This document shows, piece after piece, positions 39,886 through 52,887 of a stretch of DNA of 64,000 nt. Positions within the stretch are counted from its first letter, which is position 1, and each line of letters begins with the position of its first letter. The notes below the pieces were generated by a model. That model was not told where the DNA came from. It made no database searches and saw only the letters and a program-made list of their open reading frames with translations. The stretch lies in assembly GCA_051362555.1 (NCBI GenBank), contig CM120642.1:6386001-6450000 (forward strand), read 5' to 3'. The stretch comes from Lingula anatina (lineage: Eukaryota > Animalia > Brachiopoda). A program made the translations under genes and the position numbers.

Positions 39886-41852
39886 CAGGCTATATCGGAT
39901 GGTTCCCATTATATCTTACCCATGCCTTCGAGTGCCTGTGATCGAGGGACGTTTCACAAAACGACTTTAGTTTAAAATAGGTCATAGCAAAGACTGCTTA
40001 GAATGTTAGCCAGGAAGTTGAGTTTCACAAAGAATCTAAAAGGCAGACTACCTCGTTTTTTTAAAAGTTATTCTGAGTCAGTCGTTCTTAAAACGGCCTT
40101 AAACCCAAATCGCAAAGTTAATTGTACTCGTGGGGGGTGGTATCATAAATTGGCTATCGCCCTATAATTGGTTTAAACCTTTAGACTCGAAACTAATTAT
40201 AAGTTTAATTAACTTTAAGAAAAACCCATTGTAGTTCACTTTCATAAAGTAGACACCTGAAGCATTAGGCAGGTCTGTCCTGTTCAAAACGAACACAGTA
40301 TTTCATTTCATTGAATTCCTTCCAATTTATCTTGTGTCAAATTGGACATAAGTACTGGTCGAATAGTTTTGATTTGTTTTTGGACTTTTTTATGCTCTTT
40401 GGAGCTCTTTTATTCACATGTTCTAGCTATCAGTCTAGTGTGTTGGCTAAGTGTTCGAGCACAATTTTATTATCACAATCATCGAACGTTTCTTTATACT
40501 TTGTCATACTTGTTGGAGAGTAGATACTTCTGATAAAAAAGGGGGCTTCCTGTAATGTTTCTTTTTCGCGCACAACTTCCAGCATTTCGACATTACCTCT
40601 CAACTGAGTGTCTAACATAAGTTTTATCACTTTTTGGTGCATCTTCTATACGGATTACTGTGATATAAATACCTCTCATTTATTTTAGATTGGCGTATTT
40701 TGCTAGTATTTTTAGCGAGGACAGAGCCGGAGTCCGTCAAGTCGGCTGTGTAGGCCAGTTGCATTGGTCACCTCAGAATGAAGTAGTATGAAGGGGTATG
40801 AACGCGCCAGGATTAGTACAGAATAGGCGCTTAATCATTTTAAACTAGTATGCTGTATTATTACTGGGTAAAAATTTTGTGTTACAGAAAGTATTAAACG
40901 GTGCTTTAAATAATCTTAGCCCCTTTTCTCATCTAGCGGTACTTTTTTTTTCACAAGCTCCAATGTAACAAGTAAATAAACTAGTTGTCTGGGAATGCCG
41001 AGCGCGTACTCCTTTTAAGCGAATTTCTTACGTTAAAACCGAGTTTTCTTTTAATATTTTTAATAAAAAATTTTGCCAATTTCTCAACCAAAATAATATA
41101 GAAAACTGCACCGATCGATGTAAAAAGGGGCTTTGATATTTAGGGCTTCGAGTTTTTAATGGTACTCGCCATTAAAGATTTTTTCTATCTTTATTGTACT
41201 TATCTTTTATGACACATAATTCTATACAGGTTAATCCCCTTCAAATGGTCTATTACATGCTATTAGGTTATTACATGCCTATTAAGTGGAAAAGAAGCGT
41301 TGATGCTGAACTTTCGCATTTCTATTGTAAGTGAAAATAAAATCTAAGTGTTTCACTCTAAAATGTGGTGTTTTAAAATGCATTATGCGTTTTACTCAAA
41401 TTCCTTTTCTATTCATAAGTTGTCGGACTTGATGGCCTCAGGGATTTTTATGTCAAACAATGTTCTAAATATAGCCTGGGGATTTTGATTGATAAAGCAC
41501 AGAGTTCGAACTAAACGAACTTCTTGAAAGGCATCGTAAGTTGGATAAAAATGCCTCATCAAATTTTGGTGATGGAAATTATTCTGAAGACAATCTGACT
41601 TTCCTTTCGCATTGTGGCACATCAGTTCCCTTTCTGATTACCTTTTCATTCATAAATTTCAAGAAGAGTCTATATCAGAAGAAAACCCGACTTAACAAAT
41701 TCCAATCCACTGAAATGATCAAACGCTTTCTGTCATAAGTGTTATTTGGATAAAAGAAAACTCATTTCTAGTCCTCTCAAATATTCAATTTCCCTGATAT
41801 AGTAATTTCAAGATGCATTTTTTGGTTCTCCGAAACAGCAACATCCTGGCAC

Positions 41853-42067
41853 TCATAATCCCCGCTGTATGGTTCTACCACGCATCTCTTCTATATATTC
41901 CTGCATCTTATACCAGCCATCAGGATCCTTTGTGTAGTATTCTTTGGGTGGTGGTCCCTCCATCAGACGCACGTGATAGCTACAGAATCTGAAGTTTAAC
42001 TTGGTGGGCCCCCGCTTCGTTTTACAGACGCCCTTAATCGACGATTGGCGCTTCATTACGGACTCGG
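41853..42067 (-). CDS. MRPL22: mitochondrial ribosomal protein L22 (uL22m), last coding exon
   Basis: After acceptor tttacag it encodes (A)ESVMKRQSSIKG...RFCSYHVRLMEGPPPKEYY...MQEYIEEMRGRTIQRGL*, matching the MRPL22 C-terminal pattern (VRL.EGPPP ... EY...R.R.I..L). Phase-compatible with exon 61765-61834. Confidence 0.85.
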
Positions 42068-42994
42068 CTGTAAAGAAATGACATCAGTTGCACTATTTAT
42101 ATTTTCATTATATGCGACGAATATCGTATAATATTTTGTGCAGACATTTTTATCAAAATTATCTAAATTCTACTCTTTAATACAGAATATGTCAAATGGA
42201 ATATGTCAAAAGGTACTCTTAACCTTATCATAAATCCATAGTTAAATTCATAATGTTTGGCCATTACTTTTAACAAAGACACAGAAAGCTTGAGATCTCG
42301 AAACTGTAAACAATTAACAGAAAAAATTAAACTGAAATCTATCGCAAAATCATTTTAATTGCATACAAATACTGCCAATTTCCTGGTAAAAAAGTAAAAT
42401 TTGCAGTTTTAAAAATATTCAGACTGACACATCACTATCAGCATTTGGTGAGATTTTTCAAGGCCTGTGCAAATACTTCCTCAGTTGTGCTAAAAGGGAC
42501 TTTTTGGGCTTTTAAACTAAACTAAACTGACCATGCAAGCAAATCTCTCCTGCCCCACAGATGACATATTGTTCATGCAAAGAGAATGGACTCTAGAGTA
42601 AATGTCCCCTTGGACAACTGACTGACCATGACATTGAAAATGACCATACAGGTCAATGCAGGCCTGACAGGGAACGGGCTGACCACATAAAAGAAATGGT
42701 TAGTCTTAAATTAAAGTTGAAAATCTCACATACTAAAAATATTAACAACTTATAGAAAGAAGAAAACTGCTTGCATTTATCAAAAAATTTTAGTATGCAT
42801 GTGTCAAGACTTCAGTTTTTTGGTCATTAATAAAAAATTGACACTGAATAAATAAATAAATAAATAAAAACAATTTTGTTTATGTTTTCTTTAAAACTGT
42901 AATCATTAAGTTTTTCTTTCATAAGAGAAATATCATTGCAATCACAAACCGACCAAAAAATGTGCTGCTTCATTTTTGTATTATGAATTGTATT

Positions 42995-43325
42995 TCACCA
43001 GGTGATAAAACTGTCACATCAACTTATTCAAACATGCCACTAGACAGGTGTCGTGATTTACCCGACTTAAAGCCAGTCAATCACAAGGCAGGTTTGATAA
43101 ATGGTTAACCAAATGACCTGTCACTGGACAATGCCACACAATGAGCTGTTTGTCGCCTCAGCCTGTGAAGTGTCACAAACTAGTTTCTGTCTGATTAGAC
43201 AACCAAGCTGACAGCCAATTAACAGCTGTATTTAAGTCCAGCCAAATCATGCTTAACCCATCACTTCTCAACTGCTCTTGAGATAAGTAACAGTATCTTC
43301 TGAGAAATTTTCTTGAGGAAGCAAC
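42995..43325 (+). promoter_or_regulatory. putative Pol II promoter of the 114-aa ORF (CCAAT, TATA, Inr, TGTCA cluster); repeated upstream of copies 2-4
   Basis: GCCAAT at 43214, TATTTAA at 43229 and pyrimidine-rich CCATCACTT about 30 bp further on. Equivalent TATA sites at 52101, 58784 and 60789 (TATATAA with TCAGTT at 60821). Confidence 0.6.
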
Positions 43326-43670
43326 ATGGAAGAGACATCCATCCCTCCTGTGTTTGTGTCAGATGAGCCAGAGCCTGATTTCTGCACAGCCTATCTGAAG
43401 ATGTACATGGGAAGGAGAGAGGCCACCAGACTGGAGATGCAGGTTTCTCGTCTGAAGAAACGCTATGCCAAGGCTGTGAAGCAACAGAATCGCAAGGCTC
43501 TGTATCAGTTACGAAACAGACTCCTGATCACTGACGGGGTATGGAAGATGTTCCAAGAGTATACCACGAGAAAAGAAGATGAGCTCAGTTATATTCCATT
43601 CTCTGAGAATGACAGCACAGAGCTCTTTTCTTCCTCTGGACTACTTCCCAATGCCAATGGTAGAAGTTGA
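43326..43670 (+). CDS. intronless 114-aa helical protein of unknown function, copy 1 (nested antisense in MRPL22 intron)
   Basis: Good Kozak context (GCAACATGG), upstream TATA/Inr, downstream AATAAA (~43951), higher GC than the flanks, and ORF intact in four copies. Confidence 0.7.
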   Translation: MEETSIPPVFVSDEPEPDFCTAYLKMYMGRREATRLEMQVSRLKKRYAKAVKQQNRKALYQLRNRLLITDGVWKMFQEYTTRKEDELSYIPFSENDSTELFSSSGLLPNANGRS

Positions 43671-44009
43671 GTGTGCTAAGCACAATGTGTCAACAAACAG
43701 CCCTTTTCAGGGCTCCTGGCTGAGGTCCATTTGTGGACCTGCACATCTTCCAAGAAAAGCTAAACCAGACAAGTTCAATACATAACTAAATACTGATTTA
43801 TCTTCGTTCCATAGAATTTAAAATATTTACCAATATTTTATAATAATACTTTTAGTTGAGGTAAAACACAAAAAAAAATGGGCAAAGTAGTGAGTACTCC
43901 AAGAATGCAGACATCTGCCAAGGTAAAATGTTAATAATAATAATAATAATAATAAATACCAAAAAAATACTAGAAGAGTTGAAGCTTGAGATCTTGAAAC
44001 TGTAAACAA

Positions 44010-46077
44010 CTAGAGGATCAGAGAGGCGATACCGCCTCCGAATATTGTACCACCAGCTGGAGTAAGCGCGATCGTATAGACCCCCCCCACACACAAAAAA
44101 GGGACACCACCACCATCAGTCTTGTGCTTGACAAGCTGTAAAAAATGCAATCAACAAGAATTCTCAAAATATGCAAAAATAGTATATAACTAAAAATGGT
44201 ACAATCAAAGTTCAGTTAGTAGTAAGGTAGGTCAAAGGTCAATTTCAAGGTCACAGTAAATTTCCAGTATATGACTTCCTATTCAAGTTCAATAGCAACT
44301 ATGGACACATCTCTGCCAGTTTTGGAGATAAAAGGGAACCAAAATTTGTAAACTTCAATTCATGATGAAAAGTAGGTCAAAGGTCAATTTCAAGGTCACA
44401 CTTAGATTGCCCCTAATGACTTCTATTCAAGTTCAATAGTTACTATGGGCATATTTTTGCCAGTTTTGGAGATAAAAGGGAACCAAAATTTGCAATGTTA
44501 AGTTCATGGTAAAAAGTAGGTCAAAGGTCAATTTTAAGGTCACAGTAAATTGACTTTAATGACTTTCTATTCAAGTTCAATGGTAACTATGGGCGTATCT
44601 CTGCCAGTTTTGAAAATAAAAGCATTAAAAAATTGCAAAGTTCAGTTTATGGTGTAAAGTAGGTCAAAGGTCAATTTCAAGGTCACATTTAGATTGCCAG
44701 TATATGACTTCCTATTCAAGTTCAATAGTAACCACAGACCTATCTCTGCTAGTTTTGGAGATAAAAGGGAACCAAAATTTGCAATGTTAAGTTCATGGTA
44801 AAAAGTAGGTCAAAGGTCAATTTTAAGGTCACAGTAAATTGACTTTAATGACTTCCTATTCAAATTCAAAAGTAACTATGGGCGTATCTCTGCCAGTTTT
44901 GAAAATAAAAGCATTAAAAAGTTGCAAAGTTCAGTTTATGGTGTAAAGTAGGTCAAAGGTCAATTTCAAGGTCATGTTTAGATTGCCAGTATATGACTTC
45001 CTATTCAAGTTCAATAGTAACTATGGACCTATCTCTGCCAGTTTTGGAGATAAAAGGGAAACAAAATTTGCAAAGTTCAATTCATGATGAAAAGGGACTA
45101 AATGTTATAATTTTGGAGTTACAATAATGTGCCATAAATTTCGTACAGAAAAAATTAATTAAAATAAAGAAAAGGTCATTTTGGTCAAAAATTCTTGAAA
45201 TGGGAGGTGCTCTGAAGTTCCAGATGTTCAAATGTGATGAAATTATGTCATTTTTGACCACAAGTTGTCTGCCTCGCCAAGCATTATGTTTTATTTTTCC
45301 GGAGTTCAAAATTTATTATCCATTACCGTACTGCACATTTTGCTTTCACCACCAATATGTACTTTTTGATACAGCGTAACTCGAAAACCGTATGGAATAC
45401 GAAAAACGGAGACCACCTCCAGTGTTGGGCTTTACATGCTCTACAAAATGCAAAAAAGAATGGGTCTCTAGCATTAACGGTTCCCGAATTAGAGACAGTT
45501 TTCATTTTGGTATCTTATGGCCGCTACTCCCGTGAAAATGCACCGATTGACCCCAAATTCACGGAGATGAAAGATGACCCGAAGGGTAACACTTTCCAGT
45601 AATATTATTGGTTAAGTCTGTGTGGTGTCTGAATAACATCGCAAATAATTTTTTTTTGTAAAAAAATTCGTTTTTTTGAAAATTTTGGCCCGTTTGGCCT
45701 TGAAATAAAGGTCAAAGGTCAAATCCAAGGGCATATTTGAAATCTACACATATGACTTTTGGAAAGCTGTCTGTAGAAATTTTTCCCATAATTCCTTCCG
45801 TAGGGTAGATAATTAGCATTTAATTTTGCCATTTTTGGACAAGGGTGCATTGCAATGAGTGCCACACCTAGACCCCAATACCGACAAAGCCCAAATTTTA
45901 CGTGAAACGAGTTGAGATTATAGGTGACCTAAATCCAAGAGATGGGTATGGGGGCCATTACCGTCTAGGAGGAGAAGCGGTAACGGTAACTTGTCGGCGG
46001 AGCTGCAAGGAACCGGCGGAACAATCTGGACGGGACTAAAACCATGTGTACCGCCAGCGCTAACGCTGGTGGTACAA
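44010..46077 (-). mobile_element. HINE family 1, full-length (~2.07 kb), ~6 units of ~146-bp array
   Basis: Same termini as 13777-15263. Inserted in AAACAA|TTAACAG with no TSD; empty sites are visible at ~42310 and ~59548. Confidence 0.85.
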
Positions 46078-47811
46078 TTAACAGAAAAAATTTAACTGAA
46101 ATCTAAAAATCCTTATCGGAAAATTATTTAAATTGAATACAAATACTAGCAATTTTCTGGTAAAAAAGTAAAGTTTGCAGTTTTGAAAATATTCCGAATG
46201 ACACATCACTATCAGCATTTTTTGAGATTTTTCAAGGTCTGTGCAAAGACTTCCTCAGTTGTGCTAAAAGGGACTTTTTGGGCTTTTAAACAACATTGAT
46301 AGTTGGAGGGAAAACTAATTCCTTTGCCTTGCTGCTGTATCCTGATGAAACCTCAGATCAACTTCATACTTATGTGCAGAATCAAGTCTCAGGCTCTTCA
46401 AAGGCTTCAGGTAGGATTTGGGTCATTTCCAGGATACTGGACTCTGGCTGTACAGGGACATGGTTCACATAAGAACCTAAGACTGAATGTCTTAGTTGAA
46501 ATATCATATACGACATATGACACGGCATGCTTGACAGGTGACACACATACACACAAGAAAAAACAAGGCAGCAAAGCTGTCAAATGTACAGACAAAAAGC
46601 AGGAAATAACTATGCACAAAATAGGCTACTGTCAATTCTGATGCAAAAGTACATTATGTTAAACTGTAAATTCAACATCAATTTTTAATTATGCTCAACA
46701 GGAAATACCAATGAAAGTAAAATGTGTAACAAGCATAAGGCTTCAGGCCCATGAGAGTTCAAGTTCACACTTTGAAAATGTATAACTTCCAGAAAAAGAA
46801 GCCAATTAGACTGCTTTTCCAACTCAGGCTGCATGCCGATTTTCGAACTTGACCTCCGTTTTAGTAAGATCGATTACTCCTGAGAGTTTCACGACAACAG
46901 GCCTATCGGTTTTCCTTGAAATGTGTTTACAGTGTTGCATATATGTTGAAAAGTGAAAGAAAAAAGCATAACTTCTACAATAATGGCCCGATCATCCTGT
47001 TTTTTGAACTTGACCTGGGTTTTATGAATATTCATCAGCTCTTTAAATATAAAGCCCAAAAGTAAAACTGCCTTCCACTTATTGTGTTTACAATAAAAGT
47101 GCAAGGTACATCTGTACATATTTACTGTACTGTTTGAGAACAGTAAGTGACATGGTTTTTCTTAAATGGTCATCATGGGAGCAGTGCCCAAAATAGTTTT
47201 TTTTCAAATTTTGACGCAATATTACATAATGTTTAACAGCATAATGACCATCAATTTTTAAGAATAAAATATTAGTATCATGGATATTCAGAAAATGTGA
47301 CTAGCAAAGGTCTTCAGGCCCATGGAACTTCAAAGCCACAACTTGAAAATGCCAAAATGTAAACAAGACAGCACTGTTCTGAAATGGGTTTATTTCCATT
47401 TTTAACAATTTTTAACATAAAACAAAATGAACAGTTTACTGCCATTTTTATATGATCAACTAAGAAAATTGATGAGATTGGAAAAATATCAATATAACAG
47501 TGTTAAATGTCCAATTTCCTCCATTCTGAGATTCTGAACATAGTGGATGATTGAATCTGACAAACTGCAATGATATGAGTTTATTTCCATTTTTGACACT
47601 TTATTACACAATACACGATAAAAAGTTTACCATCATTTTTACATAATCAACTAACAATGTTGTAAAGATGCAGGAAATGTCAAACAATCACTTTTACGTA
47701 TCTTATTAGTTTAATAATGAGACTGTTAACATGCCTAAGAATTGAATCTGAGGAAATGTAAAAAAACAGCACACCTTCTAAAATAATGGCACGATTATGC
47801 TGATTTACGTA

Positions 47812-49970
47812 CGGTAAAGTCTTGAAAATTTCGTCGCTTAAAAATTAATTAATATTTTTAATTGTGTAAATCCGACTAATTTTTCAAAATTACCTCCCCC
47901 CGACTCCTGGGTATGACGAAATTTTCAAAAATCCGGCCTTTGGGCTTTTATCTTTGACCCTCCTATATTGTGGGATATTTAAAACTACTTCCTAAGTCGT
48001 TTTCTGGTGGTTAATAATAATATATTTATTGCATCTCGATTAAGTTAAATTTAACTTACTGTACCCGAAAATGTGTTGAGAATTATCTTCTCGGTAAGAA
48101 ACATACCTCCTGATAGAGGAGAAGGATCAAGATAAGCTTAATTGCCTCCTTGCATTATAACCTGGCCGCGACATATTTAAAAAAATTATGCACTTGGCAA
48201 CGTTTGTTGCATGCAGGGCTTTTCCCAGGATTGAATGTCAGGCCTTCTAAAAGTACCATCTGTAACTTCCTAAAAATTTACAGGGAGTTAAAATAATTGC
48301 TCCCGCAGACGATCTTCCGCAATTTAAGTTTCTTGAACTTATATGAAAACTGAACGATCTCCCGATGATGATATGAAAATTGCCTTTTCGTCTCGCTCGG
48401 ATCGCGAACGATCTCCCTCTGACGATCTTACGCGAACAAAGTCCTGGCGATATATTACGCAAACGATTCTTCGCCGAAGATACATGTATGCCGTGAGCGG
48501 GGAAGGGGGGGGGGGGGGATAAAGATGAAATTAAAAATATATATTATTTATAATATTCAAAGGGGAGGGGGGGGGTTAAAATAATGATCTCCCGCTGACG
48601 ATCGTTTGCAAACTAAGTTCCTTGAACTAATATGAAAACTGCATTTTATTATTGCTTACATCGCGAACAATCTCCCGACGATGATATGAAAATTGCCTTT
48701 ACGTCAAGCTAGGATCGCGAACGATCTCCCTCTGATATGATCTTACGCGAACAAAGTCCTGAGGATATTACGCGAACGATTCTCCGCCGAATATATACCA
48801 TGAGCGGGGGAGGGGGGCTGTTTAAAGATAAAATGAAAAAGATATTTTTTAAATCCAAAGTGTGTGTGTCTGGGGTCTGGGGGGGGGGGGAGTGAAATAA
48901 TGATCTCTCGCTGACGATCTTCCGTTAACGAAGTTCCCTAAATCCCTTGAACTAATATAAAAATTGCATTTCATTCTTGCTTACATCGCAAACGATCCCG
49001 CGATGATTATCTTACGCGAACGATTCTCCGCCGAAGATATGCCATGAGCAGGGAAGGGGGGGGGGGTTTAAGATAAAATGAAAATATATATATTATTTAT
49101 TAAATTCAAAGGGGGGGGGGTTAGAATAGTGATCTCCCGCTGACGATCTTTTGCAAACTAAGTTCCTTGCAATAATTTGAAAATTGCATTTCATTCTTGC
49201 TTACATCGCGAACGATCTCCCGATGATGACATGAAAATTGCCTTTTCGTCTTGCTCGGATCGCAAACGATCTCCCGCTGATGATCTTACGCGAACGGAGT
49301 CTGCTATAAATATGAAAATTTTCTTCTTGTCTCGTTTGGATCGCGAACGATCTGTTGACAATATTACGCGAAAGATTCTCTGCTGAAGCTATGAAAATTG
49401 CCATCTCGTCCCATTCGCATTGCGAACGATCTCCATGGATGAGCCAGGTAATTGTTAAGTGGTCCTAAATTGAACATGGACATGAATAGAAGTGACGGGT
49501 ACATTTCCCTTCGAGATAATATCTTGATTTTTCATTGTGTCTTCCTCATTTAGGACAGCCGCCGATAACAATAACGGCGTTACAAATGACTTTTATTTGC
49601 CGGCTTGATAACGCACCTTGAGCCAGGTAATAGTAATGAAACTATTTAGACAAAAGGCCGATGTTCCCGCAATTAAGAACGGGGATTCACATCTTAACCA
49701 CTTATATTGTGAGTAACCGCTCGCAGGGGCGCACTATTGTTCCTATCTCCCATTGAGAGTGTTATCGGCAATGATATCCTGATCGTATCATTGTCTTGAA
49801 TCAACTGACGCATTACCTTCATGTTTGAGCTGGACAACGCGACCATATTTGGTGACGAACTTTTCAAAAATTATTGAGTACCTCATTTTCAAGGTCGACG
49901 AAGTTTTCAAGGGGAAAAAAATTACCTCGGCGGAAAATCGTCTGCCGACGAAATTTTCAAGACTTTACCG
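47812..49970. mobile_element. non-autonomous TIR element with TA target-site duplication (Tc1/mariner-like), internal complex tandem repeats
   Basis: TA-CGGTAAAGTCTTGAAAATTTCGTCG ... CGACGAAATTTTCAAGACTTTACCG-TA. The flanks rejoin to a HINE-2 repeat motif (GCTGATTT.CG..CT..ACCTGC). No transposase ORF. Confidence 0.8.
48295..49435. repeat. CpG-rich complex minisatellite (CGCGAACGATCTCCC / GACGATC units in ~250-300-bp blocks separated by G-tracts)
   Basis: The motif ACGATCT/ACGATTCT recurs many times, with G-runs at ~48500, 48560, 48805, 48880, 49050 and 49110. Confidence 0.8.
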
Positions 49971-51696
49971 TACTCAACCTGCATTTTAGTAAAATTGACC
50001 ACTCCTGTGACTTTCATGACAATTGGCCTATCTGTTTTTCTTATATTGTGTTTACAGTGTTGCATATATGCTGAAAAAAGAAAAAAAAGCATAACTACTA
50101 AAATAGTGGCCCGATCATGCCAATTTTCGAACTTGACCTGCGTTTTAGTAAGATCAATTTTTCCTGTGAGTTTCATGACAACAGGCCTATCGGTTTTTGT
50201 TGAAATGTGTTTACAGTGTTGCATATATGCTGAAAAGTGAAAAAACAGCATAACTTCTACAATAATGGCCCGATCATGCTGATTTTCGAACTTGACCTGC
50301 ATTTTATGAATATTCATCAGCTTTGTTAATATAAAGCCAAAAAGTAAAACTGCCTTCCACTTATCGTGTTTACAAGGAAAGTGCACGGCAACGACGGCGA
50401 CGGCAACGACAGTCGCAGGTGATGGCAATATGTACAGACACATCTATATATATTTACTGTACTGTTTGAGAACATGGTTTTTCTTAAATGGTCATCATGG
50501 GAGCAGTGCCCAAAATAGGTTTTTTTCAAATTTTGATGCAATATTACATAATGTTTAACAGCATGATGACCATCAATTGTTAAGAATAAAATATTAGTAT
50601 CATGGATATTCAGAAAATGTGACTAGCAAAGGTCTTCAGGCCCATGGAACTTCAAAGTCACAACTTGAAAATGCCAAAATGTAAACAAGACAGCACTGTT
50701 CTGAAATGTTTTTTTTTTTCATTTTTAACAATTTTTAACATAAAACAAAATTAACAGTTTACTGCCATTTTTATATTATCAACTAAGAAAATTGACGAGA
50801 TGGGAAAAATATCAACAGAGCAGTGTTAAATGTCCAATTTCTTCCATTCTGAGATTCTGAACATAATGAATGATTGAATCTGACAAACTGCAATGATATG
50901 AGTTTATTTCCATTTTTGAAACTTTATTACACAATACACGATAACAAGTTTACCATCATTTTTACAAAATCAACTAACAATGTTGTAAAGATGCAGGAAA
51001 TGTCAAACAAACACTTTTACGTATCTTATTAGTTTAATAATGAGACTGTTAACATGCCTAAGAATTGAATCTGAGGAAATGTGAAAAATATGCTGAAAAG
51101 TGAAAAAACAGCATAACTTCTACAATAATGGCCCGATCATGCTGATTTTCGAACTTGACCTGCGTTTTATGAATATTCATCAGCTCTGTAAATATAAAGC
51201 CAAAAAGTAAAACTGCCCTCCACTTATCGTGTTTACAAGGAAAGTGCACGGCGCCGGCATCGCCATCGCCATCGGCATCGGCGACGGCGACGACAGACGC
51301 AGGTGATGGCAATATGTACAGACACATCTGTGTCTGTACATAAAAAAAACTCTCAGGTGACAATGTCACTAAACTGACCACGCAAGCAAATCTCTCCTGC
51401 CCCACAGATGACATATTGTTCATGCAAAGAGAATGGACTCTAGAGTAAATGTCCCCTTGGTCAACAGAATGACCATGACACTAAAAATGACTAAACAGGT
51501 CAATGCAGGCCTGACAGGGAACAGGCTGACCACATAAAAAAAAAAGGTTAGTCTCAAATTAAAGTTGAAAATCTCACATACTAAAAATATAAACAACTTA
51601 AAGAAAGAAGAAAATTGCTTGCATTTATCAAAAAATTTTAGCATGCATGTGTCAAGACTTCAGTTTTTTGGTCATTAATAAAAAATTGACACTGAA

Positions 51697-51735
<39 letters not shown>

Positions 51736-52197
51736 AAACAATTTTGCTTATGTTTTCTTTAAAACTGTAATCATTAAGTTTTTCTTTCATAAGAGAAATA
51801 TCACTGCAATCACAAACTGACCAAAAAATGTACTGCTTCATTTTTGTATTATGAATTGTTTTTCACCAGGTGATAAAACTGTCACATCAACTTATTCAAA
51901 CATGCCACTAGACAGGTGTAGTGATTTACCTGGCTTAAATAAAGCTAGTCAATCACCTGGCAGGTTAGATAAATGGTTAACCAAATGACCTGTCACTGGA
52001 CAATGCCACACAATGAGCTGTTTGTCGCCTCAGCCTGTGAAGTGTCACAAACTAGTTTCTGTCTGATTAGACAACCAAACTGACAGCCAATTAACAGCTG
52101 TATTTAAGTCCAGCCAAATCATGCTCAACCCATCACTTCTCAACTGCTCTTGAGATAAGTAACAGTATCTTCTGAGAAATTTTCTTGAGGAAGCAAC

Positions 52198-52542
52198 ATG
52201 GAAGAGACATCCATCCCTCCTGTGTTTGTGTCAGATGAGCCAGAGCCTGATTTCTGCACAGCCTATCTGAAGATGTACATGGGAAGCAGAGAGGCCACCA
52301 GATTGGAGATGCAGGTTTCTCGTCTGAAGAAACGCTATGCCAAGGCTGTGAAGCAACAGAATCGCAAGGCTCTGTATCAGTTACGAAACAGACTCCTGAT
52401 CACTGACGGGGTATGGAAGATGTTCCAGGAGTATACCACGAGAAAAGAAGATGAGCTCAGTTATATTCCATTCTCTGAGAATGACAGCACAGAGCTCTTT
52501 TCTTCCTCTGGACTACTTCCCAATGCCAATGGTAGAAGTTGA
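52198..52542 (+). CDS. intronless 114-aa protein of unknown function, copy 2
   Basis: One amino-acid difference from copy 1 plus synonymous changes; promoter conserved. Confidence 0.7.
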   Translation: MEETSIPPVFVSDEPEPDFCTAYLKMYMGSREATRLEMQVSRLKKRYAKAVKQQNRKALYQLRNRLLITDGVWKMFQEYTTRKEDELSYIPFSENDSTELFSSSGLLPNANGRS

Positions 52543-52801
52543 GTGTGCTAAGCACAATGTGTCAACAAACAGCCCTTTTCAGGGCTCCTGGCTGAGGTCC
52601 ATTTGTGGACCTGCACATCTTCCAAGAAAAGCTAAACCAGACAAGTTCAATACATAACTAAATACTGATTTATCTTCGTTCCATAGAATTTAAAATATTT
52701 ACCAATATTTTATAATAATACTTTTAGTTGAGGTAAAACACAAAAAAAAATGGGCAAAGTAGTGAGTACTCCAAGAATGCAGACATCTGCCAAGGTAAAA
52801 T

Positions 52802-52836
<35 letters not shown>

Positions 52837-52887
52837 CCAAAAAAATACTAGAAGAGTTGAAGCTTGAGATCTCGAAACTGTAAACAA

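Larger units (their letters stand above)
46564..51343 (-). mobile_element. HINE family 2 insertion (~4.8 kb, internally duplicated, carrying a nested TIR element)
   Basis: 5' hairpin plus (GTCGCC)-type microsatellite at ~51250-51343, 3' subTIR/stem-loop at 46564-46593. Inserted in the A-run of CACAAGAAAA..CTCTCAGG, whose empty forms are at ~58015 and ~60200. Confidence 0.8.

Noticed and set aside
40250-40642. Minus-strand coding-like stretch with a faint Cys-rich (YLCPI..CVR) pattern
   Set aside because: Interrupted by stops and too degenerate to assign; at most an old TE remnant.
43579-43785. Overlapping 68-70-aa ORF (MSSVIFHSLR...) in all four units
   Set aside because: An alternate frame over the end and 3' UTR of the 114-aa ORF; its conservation is explained by recent duplication.
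46303-46641. ORF MEGKLIPLPC... repeated at 57766 and 59965
   Set aside because: Starts at TTG, ends differ between copies, and a partial copy at ~59770 is frameshifted. It is part of the duplicated flank with no recognisable domain.
49922-51423. 173-aa and 121-aa minus-strand ORFs
   Set aside because: Non-ATG-quality translations of HINE-2 internal repeats; no Rep/helicase or transposase motifs.
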